The notes: generated by a model not told the origin, from the sequence alone. 64,000 bases of DNA from Candidatus Aminicenantes bacterium (GCA_026393855.1 JAPKZJ010000071.1:12567-76566), one strand, 5' to 3'; numbered from the stretch's first letter, positions 1 through 9,511 are shown. Numbers and translations are program-made.

Positions 1-2
1 TC

Positions 3-917
3 TTCATCTGCCAGATCGGCCTGGCCTTCGGCCAGCCGTTCGTTCTGGGAGCCATCACCACCCTGGCCGCACGCTGGTTTCCGGCCAAAGAGCGGGCCAC
101 GGCGGCCGGCCTGGGCACGCTGGCCCTTTACCTCGGCCCCCTGGCCGCCATGTTCCTGACTCCGATGCTACTCGTCCGGGTGGGCATGGTCCGGATGTTG
201 ACGATCTACGGCATCGCGGCCGCCGTTTCGGCCGTCCTCTTCCTCCTGCTGGCCCGCGACCGCCCACCGACGCCGGTCGGCCGGGAGGAGCGGGCCCTGA
301 TGTTCGACGGCCTGCGCTCGATGATGAAGCGGCGGGATTTCCTGTTCCTCCTGGGCATCTTCTTCATCGGCCTGGGGCTGTTCAACTGCGTCTCGACCTG
401 GATCGAGGATATCGTCCGCCCCCGCGGCTTCAGCATCGCCCAGGCGGGCCGGGTCGGCGGCCTGATGCTCATCGGCGGCATCCTCGGCGCCGTGATCATG
501 CCCCTTCTCTCAGATAAGTTTCGCCGACGCAAGCCGTTCATCATCCTGGCCGTGGCCGGCCTCCTGCCGGGCCTTCTCGGCCTGACCTTCGCCGCGGATA
601 TCCGGCTGCTGATGCTGTCCGGGTTTTTCGTCGGCTTCTTCCTCTTGAGTGCCGGGCCGATCGGCTTCCAATACGCGGCCGAGATCACCCACCCGGCGCC
701 CGAAGGAACTTCGAACAGCCTGCTCCTTGTCTCCGGCCAAATCTCGGGCATCATCTTCATCCTGGCCATGGATGCCCTCAAGAACAAGGCCACCGGCTCG
801 ATGACGACCTCGCTCCTCGGGCTGGCCGGCCTGGTTGCGGGCGCCATCCTGCTGGCGCTGTTCCTGCCGGAATCGCCCGTCTGCCGGGAGGCCCAAAAGA
901 TCGACCCCCTGGGCTGA
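3..917 (+). CDS. MFS transporter (FLVCR/SLC49-like), 5'-truncated by window edge
   Basis: Frame is open from nt 3 (FICQIGLAFGQPFVLGAITTLAARWFPAKERATAAG). Multiple hydrophobic helices; MFS motif A-like LSDKFRRRK. Confidence 0.85.
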   Translation, partial: FICQIGLAFGQPFVLGAITTLAARWFPAKERATAAGLGTLALYLGPLAAMFLTPMLLVRVGMVRMLTIYGIAAAVSAVLFLLLARDRPPTPVGREERALMFDGLRSMMKRRDFLFLLGIFFIGLGLFNCVSTWIEDIVRPRGFSIAQAGRVGGLMLIGGILGAVIMPLLSDKFRRRKPFIILAVAGLLPGLLGLTFAADIRLLMLSGFFVGFFLLSAGPIGFQYAAEITHPAPEGTSNSLLLVSGQISGIIFILAMDALKNKATGSMTTSLLGLAGLVAGAILLALFLPESPVCREAQKIDPLG

Positions 918-954
918 TCGCCGGGCCGCCCGAAACGGGGCTTGAATAATGAAT

Positions 955-1292
955 CATCTCTCGATTTCGGGGAAGGTAAAGCGGTCCGGAGTGTCGGCCA
1001 ACGGCGAAATCGCGAGGGCCTAGCCTTTTTCCACCTCTCTCCGAGGGTAGCCAACCCTCGCGGGGACTGTCGCAACGACGTCCCGACAAGGACTGCGAAG
1101 CGCTGCAGCCGCCGGAGGATGTTTGAGCATGCATCCATCATGGGGAACGCGATGAAGTGGGTGGGCAGGTGGATTCGAGTGAATAAACGTGCGGAGTTCC
1201 GGAGGCGCCGAGGAGATCGGTGGGAAAAGGCGTTAAAGGCCCGAAGCCGCCGGGACGACGCTCCGGACCGCTCCCCCCGAAATCGGGAGATG
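955..1292 (+). repeat. Dispersed structured repeat element, copy A (338 nt)
   Basis: Terminal arms CATCTCtCGATTTCGGGG / CCCCGAAATCGgGAGATG, then GCGGTCCGGAGtGTCG / CGACgCTCCGGACCGC. Shares motifs GGCCAACGGCGAAA, TGTTTGAGC, TGCGGAGTTCCG, GGCGCCGAG and GCCGCCGGG with copies B-F. Confidence 0.9.
1055..1105 (+). repeat. 51-nt hairpin module inside copy A (site 1)
   Basis: CCCTCGCGGGGACTGTCGCAACGACGTCCCGACAAGGACTGCGAAGCGCTG, near-identical to the modules at 11715, 16607 and 50435. Confidence 0.85.
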
Positions 1293-1360
1293 GGCCTTTT
1301 TTCATCCCGGCCCGGCTTGTGGTATCATCATCGACCGATTCGGAGAAAGGACTGAAGGAC

Positions 1361-3520
1361 GTGCAAATCGCGGAACGATTGGTCAAGGAATTCAACGCCG
1401 GCGCCGGCCAGATCCAGGCCACCCTGGCGCTTCTCGACGAGGGGGCGACCGTCCCCTTCATCGCCCGCTACCGCAAGGAGCGAACGGGCAACCTGGACGA
1501 GACGAAGCTCCGCGACATCGCCCATCGCTATGCCTACTACAAGGAGCTCGAGGCCCGCAAGGAAACGATCCTGGCCTCGATCCGCGAGCAGGGCAAGCTC
1601 ACGCCCGAGCTCGAGGCCCGGATCGGCGAAACGGCCGACAAGACCGAGCTCGAGGATCTCTACCTCCCCTTCAAGCCCAAGCGAACCACCCGGGCCTCCA
1701 AGGCCCGCGAAGCCGGACTGGAGCCGCTGGCCCGCTGGCTGGCCGACCTGTCCGAGCCCGAGGCGGACCTCAACGCCGAAGCCGAGAAATATCTCAACCC
1801 CGAGAAGGGCCTGGAAACGGCCGAGGCCGCCCTGGCCGGCGCCTGCGACATCCTGGCCGAGGAATGGTCGGATGATGCCGACGCCCGCAAAGAGCTGCGA
1901 ACGCTAGCCGCTGAGGAAGGCATCCTGGTCTCGGCTGTTCGCAAAGGTTTCGCCGACAAAAAGACCAAATACGAGATGTATCGCGACTACAGGGAGAAAG
2001 TCTCCACCTTGGCTTCGCACAGAGTCTTGGCCATGATGCGGGGAGAGCGGGAGAAGGTTCTGGCCCTCAAGCTCGACCTGCCTCAGGAGAAAGCCGTCCG
2101 TGCTCTTGTCTATCGCTTTGTCCGCCACCCGCACGCCGCCTCCGCGCCCCGCCTGGTCGAGACCGCGATCGACGCTTTGGGCCGCCTCCTGGCGCCCGCC
2201 GTCGAGACTGAAGTCCGGCAGGGGCTGATCGAGAAGGCCGAGAAGGAAGCCTTTCAGGTCTTCGGGGCCAACCTCAAAGACCTGCTCCTCTCCCCGCCGG
2301 CCGGCCGCCAGCCCGCGTTGGGTGTGGACCCCGGATTCCGCACGGGCTGCAAGCTGGCCGTGGTGGACGCGACCGGCAAGTTCCTCGAGAACGCCGCCAT
2401 CTATCCCAACGAGCCCCGCAACGATACCGACGGGGCCAAGCTGACCCTGCTGAAAATGATCGCCGAATACGCCATCGCCTATATCGCCGTCGGCAACGGC
2501 ACCGCCGGGCGCGAGACCGTCCAGTTCATCCGCGAATCGCTGGACGAGCTGCCGGCGGGCCGAAGGCCGGCCGTCGTCGTGGTCAATGAGGCTGGGGCCA
2601 GCGTGTACAGCGCCTCCGAAGCGGCGGTGCGGGAATTCCCCAGGCTCGACATCACCATCCGGGGGGCCATCTCCATCGCCCGCCGGCTGCAGGACCCTCT
2701 GGCTGAGATGGTCAAGATCGAGCCCCGCTCGATCGGCGTCGGGCAATACCAGCACGACGTCGAGCAGACCGGTCTCAAGACCGCTCTCGACGAAGTCGTG
2801 GAAAGCTGCGTCAATTCGGTCGGCGTCGACCTCAATCTGGCTTCGGAGGAGCTGCTCCGCCACGTCTCGGGGCTGAATAAGGCGACAGCAGAAGCTGTTG
2901 TCCGGCGCCGCAACGAGAGAGGCCCTTACGCCGCGCGGGCCGAGCTGATGGAGGTCAAGGGGCTGGGCGAGAAGACCTTCGAGCAGGCGGCAGGGTTCCT
3001 GCGCATCCCGGGCGCCGCCAACCCCTTGGACGGCTCGGCCGTCCATCCCGAGCGCTACGGCTTGGTCGAACGGATGGCCGAGTCCCTGTCCGCCTCCGTC
3101 GGCGACCTGATCGGCAACACGGCCCTGCTGCGCAAGATTTCCCCCAAATCCTTCGTAACCGAGGACGCCGGCCTGCCGACCATCGTCGACATCGTGCGCG
3201 AGCTGGAAAAGCCCGGCCGCGATCCCCGGGCGGCTTTCAACTACGCCTCGTTCCCCGAGGGCGTCAAGGACATCAAGGATCTGACTGAAGGGATGATCCT
3301 GGAAGGGGTCGTCTCCAACGTAGCCAACTTCGGCGCCTTCGTCGACATCGGCGTCCACCAGGACGGGTTGGTCCATGTCTCCGAGCTGGCCGAGAAGTTC
3401 GTCCGGGACCCCCGCCAGGCCGTCAAGGTCGGCCAGGTGGTCAAGGTCAAGGTTCTGTCGGTCGATCTGGTCTTGAAAAGAATCTCGCTGTCGCTCAAGC
3501 AGGCTGCGGCGTCGAAGTAA
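1361..3520 (+). CDS. tex: Tex family RNA-binding transcriptional accessory protein
   Basis: LLDEGATVPFIARYRKE, YqgF-like GVDPGFRTGCK, HhH motifs and C-terminal S1 domain (NFGAFVDIGVHQDGLVHVS). GTG at 1361 chosen because the longer ORF start runs into repeat A. Confidence 0.95.
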   Translation: MQIAERLVKEFNAGAGQIQATLALLDEGATVPFIARYRKERTGNLDETKLRDIAHRYAYYKELEARKETILASIREQGKLTPELEARIGETADKTELEDLYLPFKPKRTTRASKAREAGLEPLARWLADLSEPEADLNAEAEKYLNPEKGLETAEAALAGACDILAEEWSDDADARKELRTLAAEEGILVSAVRKGFADKKTKYEMYRDYREKVSTLASHRVLAMMRGEREKVLALKLDLPQEKAVRALVYRFVRHPHAASAPRLVETAIDALGRLLAPAVETEVRQGLIEKAEKEAFQVFGANLKDLLLSPPAGRQPALGVDPGFRTGCKLAVVDATGKFLENAAIYPNEPRNDTDGAKLTLLKMIAEYAIAYIAVGNGTAGRETVQFIRESLDELPAGRRPAVVVVNEAGASVYSASEAAVREFPRLDITIRGAISIARRLQDPLAEMVKIEPRSIGVGQYQHDVEQTGLKTALDEVVESCVNSVGVDLNLASEELLRHVSGLNKATAEAVVRRRNERGPYAARAELMEVKGLGEKTFEQAAGFLRIPGAANPLDGSAVHPERYGLVERMAESLSASVGDLIGNTALLRKISPKSFVTEDAGLPTIVDIVRELEKPGRDPRAAFNYASFPEGVKDIKDLTEGMILEGVVSNVANFGAFVDIGVHQDGLVHVSELAEKFVRDPRQAVKVGQVVKVKVLSVDLVLKRISLSLKQAAASK

Positions 3521-5252
3521 CCGGCCCGGCCAGTCCGGCTTCGAATTCCGGCCGGAACTTCGCCAGCATCGATCCCACAGCCGTGGCGAAAGCGTCTCCC
3601 AACGGGCATAAAGTCGTGCCTCCGATTCCCGAGCAGAGGGCGGCGGCCAGATTCAGGTCCCCGGCCGTCCCTTCTCCGCGCGCCAAGCGGCGGAGCAGCC
3701 GCCCAACGGCGTCCGAGCCTTCCCGACAGGGGACGCAGGCGCCGCACGATTCGCGGGCAAAAAAGGCCATGGTCCGTTCGGCCAAGGCCGGGATGGAGAC
3801 CGATTCGTCCAGGACGACTACGGCGCCCGAGCCCAGCATCGTCCCCCGCCGGCGGCAGGAGTCGAAATCCAGCTTGAGCCCGGCCGCCTCCGCCGCCGTC
3901 AGAATGGCCGACGATGCGCCGCCGACGAGGACGGCCTTCATCCGGCCGGTGGCCCCCCCGGCCAGATCAATCAGGTCTTCCAGCCCGACGCCCATGGGCA
4001 TCTCGTAGACGCCCGGCCGGGCGACCCGGCCGGAGACGCAATAGATCTTCGGTCCGTAATTGTCCGCTGATCCGATGGCCCGGAAAGCCTCGGCGCCCTT
4101 CCCGACGATGAACGGCAGGCAGGCCAGTGTTTCGACGTTGTGGACGACGGTGGGGCCGCCGAACAGCCCCCGTTCGGCCGGGTAAGGCGGCCGCAGGCGA
4201 GGCTGGCCGCGCTTGCCCTCCAGCGATTCAAGCAGCGCGGTCTCTTCGCCACAGATATAGGCCCCGGCACCGCGGTGGACGAGAAGATCGAAGACCCTCT
4301 CCCCCGCTCCCAGCCAGCCGGCCGCCCGGGCCTCCGCCAGCGCCGTCTCCAAGAGACCGGCAGCCCGATCGAATTCGCCTCGAATGTAAATATATCCCCG
4401 TTCAGCCCCCAGGGCTCGAGCCGCAATGGCCAGCCCCTCGATTAAAAGGTGCGGGTCGCCCTCCATAAGGACGCGGTCTTTAAAAGTACCGGGCTCGCCT
4501 TCGTCGGCATTGCAGACCACGGTCACAGGCGCGGAGGCGGCCAGGGCCACCTCCCATTTCAGGCCGGCCGGGAAGCCCGCGCCGCCGCGTCCGCGGAGAC
4601 GGGAGGCTTTGACTTCGGCGACGATCGCCTCCGGGCTCATCGAGCGGGCTTTGGCCAAAGCCCGGTAGCCGCCGTCGCGGACATACGCCGCCAAGCCTAC
4701 GGGCTCCCCTCGGGCGGCCCGGCCCAACAGGATGCCGCATTCGGACACGATGCGTCGATCGGCCGGCCAAGCCGCAACCCGGCCGCTTCGGAGCGCGTCC
4801 AACAGAACTCCCGCCCGTTCGGGCGTGACTCGTTCGCAAAGCCGTCCGGCCACTCGAACGATCGGGGCCGTATCCGATGAACCGAGATCTTCGACTTCCT
4901 CCAGCGAGAACAGCCCATCGGGCGTCGTTCCTCCCGCCTGGATGCCGAGCCCGGCCTCGAAAGCCCGCAGGGTTTCCTTGGCGCCCGCCAACCAGCCGGG
5001 AACCGACGTGTCCACCTGCAGGTGATGGGTCCCGACCGGCCGGTCATGGTAGAGCGAATAAAACGTTCGCACGCCGAACGCCCCGGCCAGGGAGACGCCC
5101 AGCAGGCGGGCCGCCGCGGCCAAGTCCTCCTGGAGCAGCGGGCCTCGGGTCAGGGATTGAAGCAGGCTCAAGACGGGCAGGAGCGCCGCCTCCCGGCGCG
5201 GATACCGGGCCGCCAGATCCAGGATTTTGCGCTCCAAGCCGGCGTCGATCAT
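3495..5252 (-). CDS. Fused NuoE-like/NuoF-like NAD(H)-binding diaphorase subunit of formate dehydrogenase
   Basis: NuoF motifs GRGGAGFP, CNADEGEPGTFKD, GAGAYICGEETAL and CGACVPCREG...C. N-terminal NuoE-like domain (TFYSLY...LG..D.AP). ATGA overlap with the fdhA stop. Confidence 0.9.
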   Translation of the reverse strand: MIDAGLERKILDLAARYPRREAALLPVLSLLQSLTRGPLLQEDLAAAARLLGVSLAGAFGVRTFYSLYHDRPVGTHHLQVDTSVPGWLAGAKETLRAFEAGLGIQAGGTTPDGLFSLEEVEDLGSSDTAPIVRVAGRLCERVTPERAGVLLDALRSGRVAAWPADRRIVSECGILLGRAARGEPVGLAAYVRDGGYRALAKARSMSPEAIVAEVKASRLRGRGGAGFPAGLKWEVALAASAPVTVVCNADEGEPGTFKDRVLMEGDPHLLIEGLAIAARALGAERGYIYIRGEFDRAAGLLETALAEARAAGWLGAGERVFDLLVHRGAGAYICGEETALLESLEGKRGQPRLRPPYPAERGLFGGPTVVHNVETLACLPFIVGKGAEAFRAIGSADNYGPKIYCVSGRVARPGVYEMPMGVGLEDLIDLAGGATGRMKAVLVGGASSAILTAAEAAGLKLDFDSCRRRGTMLGSGAVVVLDESVSIPALAERTMAFFARESCGACVPCREGSDAVGRLLRRLARGEGTAGDLNLAAALCSGIGGTTLCPLGDAFATAVGSMLAKFRPEFEAGLAGPVTSTPQPA

Positions 5253-7963
5253 GCCTCGGCCTCCCCGGCCGCGATTTTGTCCAGCCGGGCCGCACAGACT
5301 TTGTATTCGGGGATCTTGGCCAGCGGATCGAGGACGTCGAGGGTCAGCCGGTTAGCCGCTGCCTCGGCGAAGTGGAAGGGGATGAAGATCGCCCCGGCCG
5401 CGACCCGGGGCGTTATCAGCACCGCGATATCGATCGTCCCGCGCCGGGTGGACACGCGGACGATCTCGCCGTCGATCAGGCCGAGGCAGGCCGCGTCCAC
5501 GGGATGGACTTCGACCATGCCCCGCGGCACGAGCCCGGACAGGACCTCGGACCGGCGGCTCATGCTGCCCGTATGGTAGTGCTGGAGGAGGCGCCCGGTG
5601 TTGAGACGGAAGGGATAGGAAGAGTCCGGCTCCTCGGCCGGAGGGACATAGGCCACGGCGGAAAGCTTGGCTTTGCCCCGAGGGAAAGAGGCGGCGTGAA
5701 GGATCGGCGTGCCGGGATGGCTTTCGTCGGGGCAGGGCCAGCGCAGGCCTTGGCCCGCAATCCGCTCATAGGTGATGCCCCGATAGGATGGCGTCAGATT
5801 TCGGATTTCCCGATACAGCTGCTCGGGCCCGGCCGGGAAGCCTTTCGCCCCAAGCCGGGCGGCCAGGTCGGCGATGATCTCCGAATCGGGCCGGGCTTGG
5901 CCGGGCGGGTCGAGCGCTTTGCGGCTGATCTGAACCCGGCGCTCGGAGTTGGTGTAGGTGCCTGTCTTTTCGAAGCTGCAGGCCGAGGGCAGGACGACAT
6001 CGGCCAGCTGGGCGGTTTCGGTCAGGAAAATGTCCTGGACGATGATCAGCTCGGCCCGCCGAAGCATTTTCTCGGCGTGGTTCAGGTTGGGATCGGCCAC
6101 CATGGGATTCTCGCCTATAATGTAGAGCCCCCGGATCGTGTCGCCGCAGGCGGCCACCATCTCGGTCATGGTCAACCCGGGTGCGGAATCCATGGCCGCC
6201 GGATCCGCCCCCCAGGCCGCGGCGAAGGCAGCCCGGACGGCCGGGTCGGTCACAGGCTGATACCCCGTAAAGACATTGGGCAAGGCACCCATATCCGACG
6301 CGCCCTGGACGTTGACCTGGCCGCGCAACGGATTGATGCCCGTGCCCTCGCGGCCGATGTTGCCGGTGATAAGGGCCAGGTTGGCCAAGGCTCGGACATT
6401 ATCCACCCCATGGGCGTGCTGGGCGACGCCCATGCCGAAGTAGATCGCGGCCGCGCCGGCCGAGGCATACAACCGCGCCGCCGCAGTCAGCGCATCAGCC
6501 GGGATGCCGGTGATCGATTCCACCGTCGCAGGGGTATAGAAGGCCAGGCTGTCGAGATAGGCGTCCCAGCCTTCGCAGCGCGCCCGGATGAATTCGGGCC
6601 TGTGCAGGCCGTCCCTGACAATGACGTGTTGCAGGCCCATCAGGACGGCGATGTCGGTGCCGTTGCGGTGGCGGAGGTGGATGTCGGCGCACTCGGCCAG
6701 TTCGATCCGGCGCGGGTCGGCTACGATGAGCTTCACGCCCCGCCGCTTGACGGCCCGCCGGATCATGCCGCCGAAGACGGGATGGCCCCAAGTCGTGTTG
6801 CTGCCGGTGACGAAGATCACGTCGGCCTTCTCGGCTTCCTGAAGACTGTTGGTCATGGAGCCGGAGCCGAGGACCTCGGACAGGGCGGCCACCGAGGAGG
6901 CGTGGCAGAGCCGGGCGCAATGGTCGATCGAATTCGTCCCCAGGACGCCCCGGGCCAAGCGCATCAGGGCGTAGTTTTCTTCGTTGGAGACCTTGGCCGA
7001 GCTGAAGACACCGAGCGAGCGCGGCCCATACTTGCTCTTGATCTCGGCCAAGCGGGCCGCCGCAAAGGACAGCGCCTCTTCCCAGGTCGCCGGCCGCAGC
7101 TCGCCGCCCTGCCGCAGGAACGGTGTCGTCAGGCGATCGGGCGAGGCGACGTAATCGAACCCGAAGCGGCCCTTGACGCAGAGCATACCGCGGTTGGGCA
7201 GCCCGGCCGCGCCGTCCTCGACCCCTTCCGACCACATCCAGCGATTGTCCTTGACCCGCAGATCGATGAGGCAGCCGACGCCGCAGTACGGGCAGACGAC
7301 CCGGTGCGCCTCGGTCTCCCAAGGCCGCGCCTTCCCCCGAGCCCGCTTGTAAACCAAGGCCCCGACCGGACAGACCTGGACGCACTCGCCGCATTGGACG
7401 CAGGTAGACCCGCCCATCGGTTGGCCGTCGTCGCAGACAAGCCGCGACCGGGCCCCGCGGCCGGCGAAGTCCAGCACTTCGTGAAGGACATTCTCCCCGC
7501 AGGAGGCGACACAGCGGCCGCACAGAATGCACTTGTCGAGGTCGCGGATGATGCCCTCGGAGGATTCATCGGGAGGCTCTTTGTCCCGGCCCGTGAGGAA
7601 GGCGGGCCTCTCGATGCCCAGCCGGTAGGCCAGACTCTGCAGCTCGCAAGCCCCATTGGCCTGGCAGGACAGGCAGTCGTGGCCGCCGCCCGCCAGGAGG
7701 AGCTCGACGACAAGGCGGCGGGCGGCCAGAACCCGCGGCGTCGCGGTCCGGATAGACATCCCTTCCCGCACCTCCAGGGCGCAGGCTTCCTTCAGGCGCT
7801 CCACTCCCTCCACCTCGACCAGGCAGGCCCGGCAGCGGCCGGCCGCACCGGTCCGGGGATGCCAGCAGAGGGAGGGGACGTCGATGCCGTTGGCCCGGGC
7901 CGCCTCGAGGGCGGTCAGGCCCGCCGGCACGGTGAAGGAAACGCCATCGATCAGAATGTTCAT
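5249..7963 (-). CDS. fdhA: Formate dehydrogenase alpha subunit (Mo/W-bisPGD, Cys ligand) with N-terminal 2Fe-2S and 4Fe-4S domains
   Basis: CRACLVEV, CILCGRC, CVQCGECVQVC, CPYCGVGC...LCVKG, active-site DHCARLCH, LRGQVNVQG and C-terminal HYHTGSMSRRS...IPEYKVCA. Confidence 0.93.
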   Translation of the reverse strand: MNILIDGVSFTVPAGLTALEAARANGIDVPSLCWHPRTGAAGRCRACLVEVEGVERLKEACALEVREGMSIRTATPRVLAARRLVVELLLAGGGHDCLSCQANGACELQSLAYRLGIERPAFLTGRDKEPPDESSEGIIRDLDKCILCGRCVASCGENVLHEVLDFAGRGARSRLVCDDGQPMGGSTCVQCGECVQVCPVGALVYKRARGKARPWETEAHRVVCPYCGVGCLIDLRVKDNRWMWSEGVEDGAAGLPNRGMLCVKGRFGFDYVASPDRLTTPFLRQGGELRPATWEEALSFAAARLAEIKSKYGPRSLGVFSSAKVSNEENYALMRLARGVLGTNSIDHCARLCHASSVAALSEVLGSGSMTNSLQEAEKADVIFVTGSNTTWGHPVFGGMIRRAVKRRGVKLIVADPRRIELAECADIHLRHRNGTDIAVLMGLQHVIVRDGLHRPEFIRARCEGWDAYLDSLAFYTPATVESITGIPADALTAAARLYASAGAAAIYFGMGVAQHAHGVDNVRALANLALITGNIGREGTGINPLRGQVNVQGASDMGALPNVFTGYQPVTDPAVRAAFAAAWGADPAAMDSAPGLTMTEMVAACGDTIRGLYIIGENPMVADPNLNHAEKMLRRAELIIVQDIFLTETAQLADVVLPSACSFEKTGTYTNSERRVQISRKALDPPGQARPDSEIIADLAARLGAKGFPAGPEQLYREIRNLTPSYRGITYERIAGQGLRWPCPDESHPGTPILHAASFPRGKAKLSAVAYVPPAEEPDSSYPFRLNTGRLLQHYHTGSMSRRSEVLSGLVPRGMVEVHPVDAACLGLIDGEIVRVSTRRGTIDIAVLITPRVAAGAIFIPFHFAEAAANRLTLDVLDPLAKIPEYKVCAARLDKIAAGEAEA

Positions 7964-8019
7964 GCCGTTTCGGGTTTTGCTATTATACTATACCCTCGAT
8001 CGGAACGATCGGGGCCGAA

Positions 8020-9135
8020 ATGCTGAAAGCGCTGAATGTCCTCCTGATCGGGGCGGCCGCCCGCAAGGCCGGCAAGACCGCCTTTTCCTGCCGGGTCATC
8101 CGCAGTCAGGCCGCCCGCCGCGAAGTCGTCGGCGTCAAGATCACACCGGTCCACGGCCCGGACGAGCCCTGCCCCCGGCCCGACGGCGGATGCGGCGAAT
8201 GCCGGGACTTCCCGGGGCGGTTCCGCATCCATGAGGAACGGCGAGCCTCGCCGGCTTCCGATACCGGCCGGATGCTTCTGGCAGGAGCCCGCAAGGCCTA
8301 TTGGCTGCAAACCCGGCGGGAGCACTTGGAGGAAGCCATGGCCGCCCTCTGGGCCCGGATTCCCGCGGGCGCCTGTATCGTGGCCGAGGGCAATTCAGCC
8401 CGGCGCGCCCTTGAACCCGGACTGTTCGTCCTGCTTCGGGAGCGGAACAATCCCGAGATGAAGGAATCCTTCCGGGAGCTGCTTCCAATGGCCCATCGGG
8501 TCGGGCTGTTCGACGGAACGGAATGGGATTTTCCGCCCGAGGACTGCCGATTCTTCGACGGCGGCTGGATGATCCGCCCACTGGCCTCGGCCGTCATCCT
8601 GGCCGGGGGCGACAGCCGCCGCATGGGACAGGACAAGGCCCTGCTCGAGATCGACGGCCGCCCCCTCATCGCGTTCATCGCCGGACGGCTGGCGGAGTTT
8701 TTCGACGAGATCGTCGTTGGAGCCAACCGGCCCGCCGACTATGCTTTCCTTGGCCGTCCAGTCATCCCCGACCGCGAGGCGGGGCTGGGCCCGCTGATGG
8801 GGATCGCCTCGTGCCTGGACCGAATCACGAACGACCTGGCCTTCGTCACGGCCTGCGACATCCCGTCGATCGACCTGCGGTTCGTCGCCTCGATGCTGGA
8901 ACAGGCCGAGGGTTATGACTGGGTCTTGCCGCAAGCCGGGCCCGAAACCTATGAACCGCTGTTCGCCGTCTATCGGAAGACGGTAGTCGCACCGGCCCTG
9001 GCCGTCCTGGCTGGCGGCGGACGCCGGATCGTCGAGCTTCTCGATCGGGTCCGGGTCCGCAGGTTGGCCCTGCCCGACTCGACCCGCATCCGCAACATCA
9101 ACACCCTCGACGATTACCGGGCCTTGAAAAAATAA
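8020..9135 (+). CDS. mobA: Molybdenum cofactor guanylyltransferase fused to an N-terminal P-loop (MobB-like) domain
   Basis: C-terminal VILAGGDSRRMGQDKALL, GPLMGI, ACDIP, EPLFAVY and NINT motifs. N-terminal G-x5-AGKT. Divergent from fdhA. Confidence 0.85.
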   Translation: MLKALNVLLIGAAARKAGKTAFSCRVIRSQAARREVVGVKITPVHGPDEPCPRPDGGCGECRDFPGRFRIHEERRASPASDTGRMLLAGARKAYWLQTRREHLEEAMAALWARIPAGACIVAEGNSARRALEPGLFVLLRERNNPEMKESFRELLPMAHRVGLFDGTEWDFPPEDCRFFDGGWMIRPLASAVILAGGDSRRMGQDKALLEIDGRPLIAFIAGRLAEFFDEIVVGANRPADYAFLGRPVIPDREAGLGPLMGIASCLDRITNDLAFVTACDIPSIDLRFVASMLEQAEGYDWVLPQAGPETYEPLFAVYRKTVVAPALAVLAGGGRRIVELLDRVRVRRLALPDSTRIRNINTLDDYRALKK

Positions 9136-9144
9136 AAAGGAATC

Positions 9145-9429
9145 TCTTCCAATCTGTGCGGGTTGGTGAGGCGGCACGGTGTTTGGCCAACGGCGAAACC
9201 GCGCGGGTTTAGACTTTTTTGCGAGCCTCTTCGAGGGCACCCAACGGGCGCCGAGGGATGTTTGAGCACGTGATAATCATGGAGAATGAGACGGAGTGGG
9301 TGATCGTGCAGATTGGAGAGATCGAAGATGCGGAGTTCCGCAGGCGCCGAGAAGAGTAGCGCAAAAAAGGCGTGAAAAACCCGCGCCGCCGGGTCAAATA
9401 CCGTGACGCAGGCCGAACAGATTGGAAGA
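9145..9429 (+). repeat. Dispersed structured repeat element, copy B (285 nt, no module)
   Basis: Nested pairs TCTTCCAATCTGT/ACAGATTGGAAGA, CACGGTGTTTGGCC/GGTCAAATACCGTG, GCGCGGGTTT/AAACCCGCGC and CTTTTTTGCG/CGCAAAAAAG, plus the family motifs. Confidence 0.9.
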
Positions 9430-9436
9430 AAACCGC

Positions 9437-9490
9437 AAAAAAGAAGCCCTACCCCGGCCTCCCTCGCGGAGGCCTCGGCCGGGATAGGGC
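9437..9490 (-). terminator. Probable Rho-independent terminator of the blaI-M56 operon
   Basis: GC stem GCCCTA..CCGGCC...GGCCGG..TAGGGC, followed on the minus strand by TTCTTTTTT, about 20 nt past the M56 stop. Confidence 0.6.
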
Positions 9491-9511
9491 GGGACGGCGT
9501 CGGTCGATCGC

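Noticed and set aside
955..1292. Classical IS or MITE with fixed TIRs
   Set aside because: Terminal sequences differ between most copies, and there is no consistent target duplication or transposase. Kept as an unclassified repeat.
1220..1360. N-terminal extension of Tex
   Set aside because: It lies within repeat A and the likely promoter region; Tex similarity begins near 1361.
3495..3520. 26-nt convergent overlap of tex and nuoEF as a sign of frameshift
   Set aside because: Both proteins have complete terminal domains, and short 3' overlaps are common in GC-rich genomes.
6890..6930. Selenocysteine in FDH or the hydrogenase
   Set aside because: The active sites read CARLCH, CGIC and CFSC with no in-frame TGA.
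4877..8026. Long antisense ORFs (also 11979-13799, 30097-32136, 33396-35795, 53781-55763, 58145-59971)
   Set aside because: These are shadow frames of well-supported genes in high-GC DNA and show no recognisable motifs.
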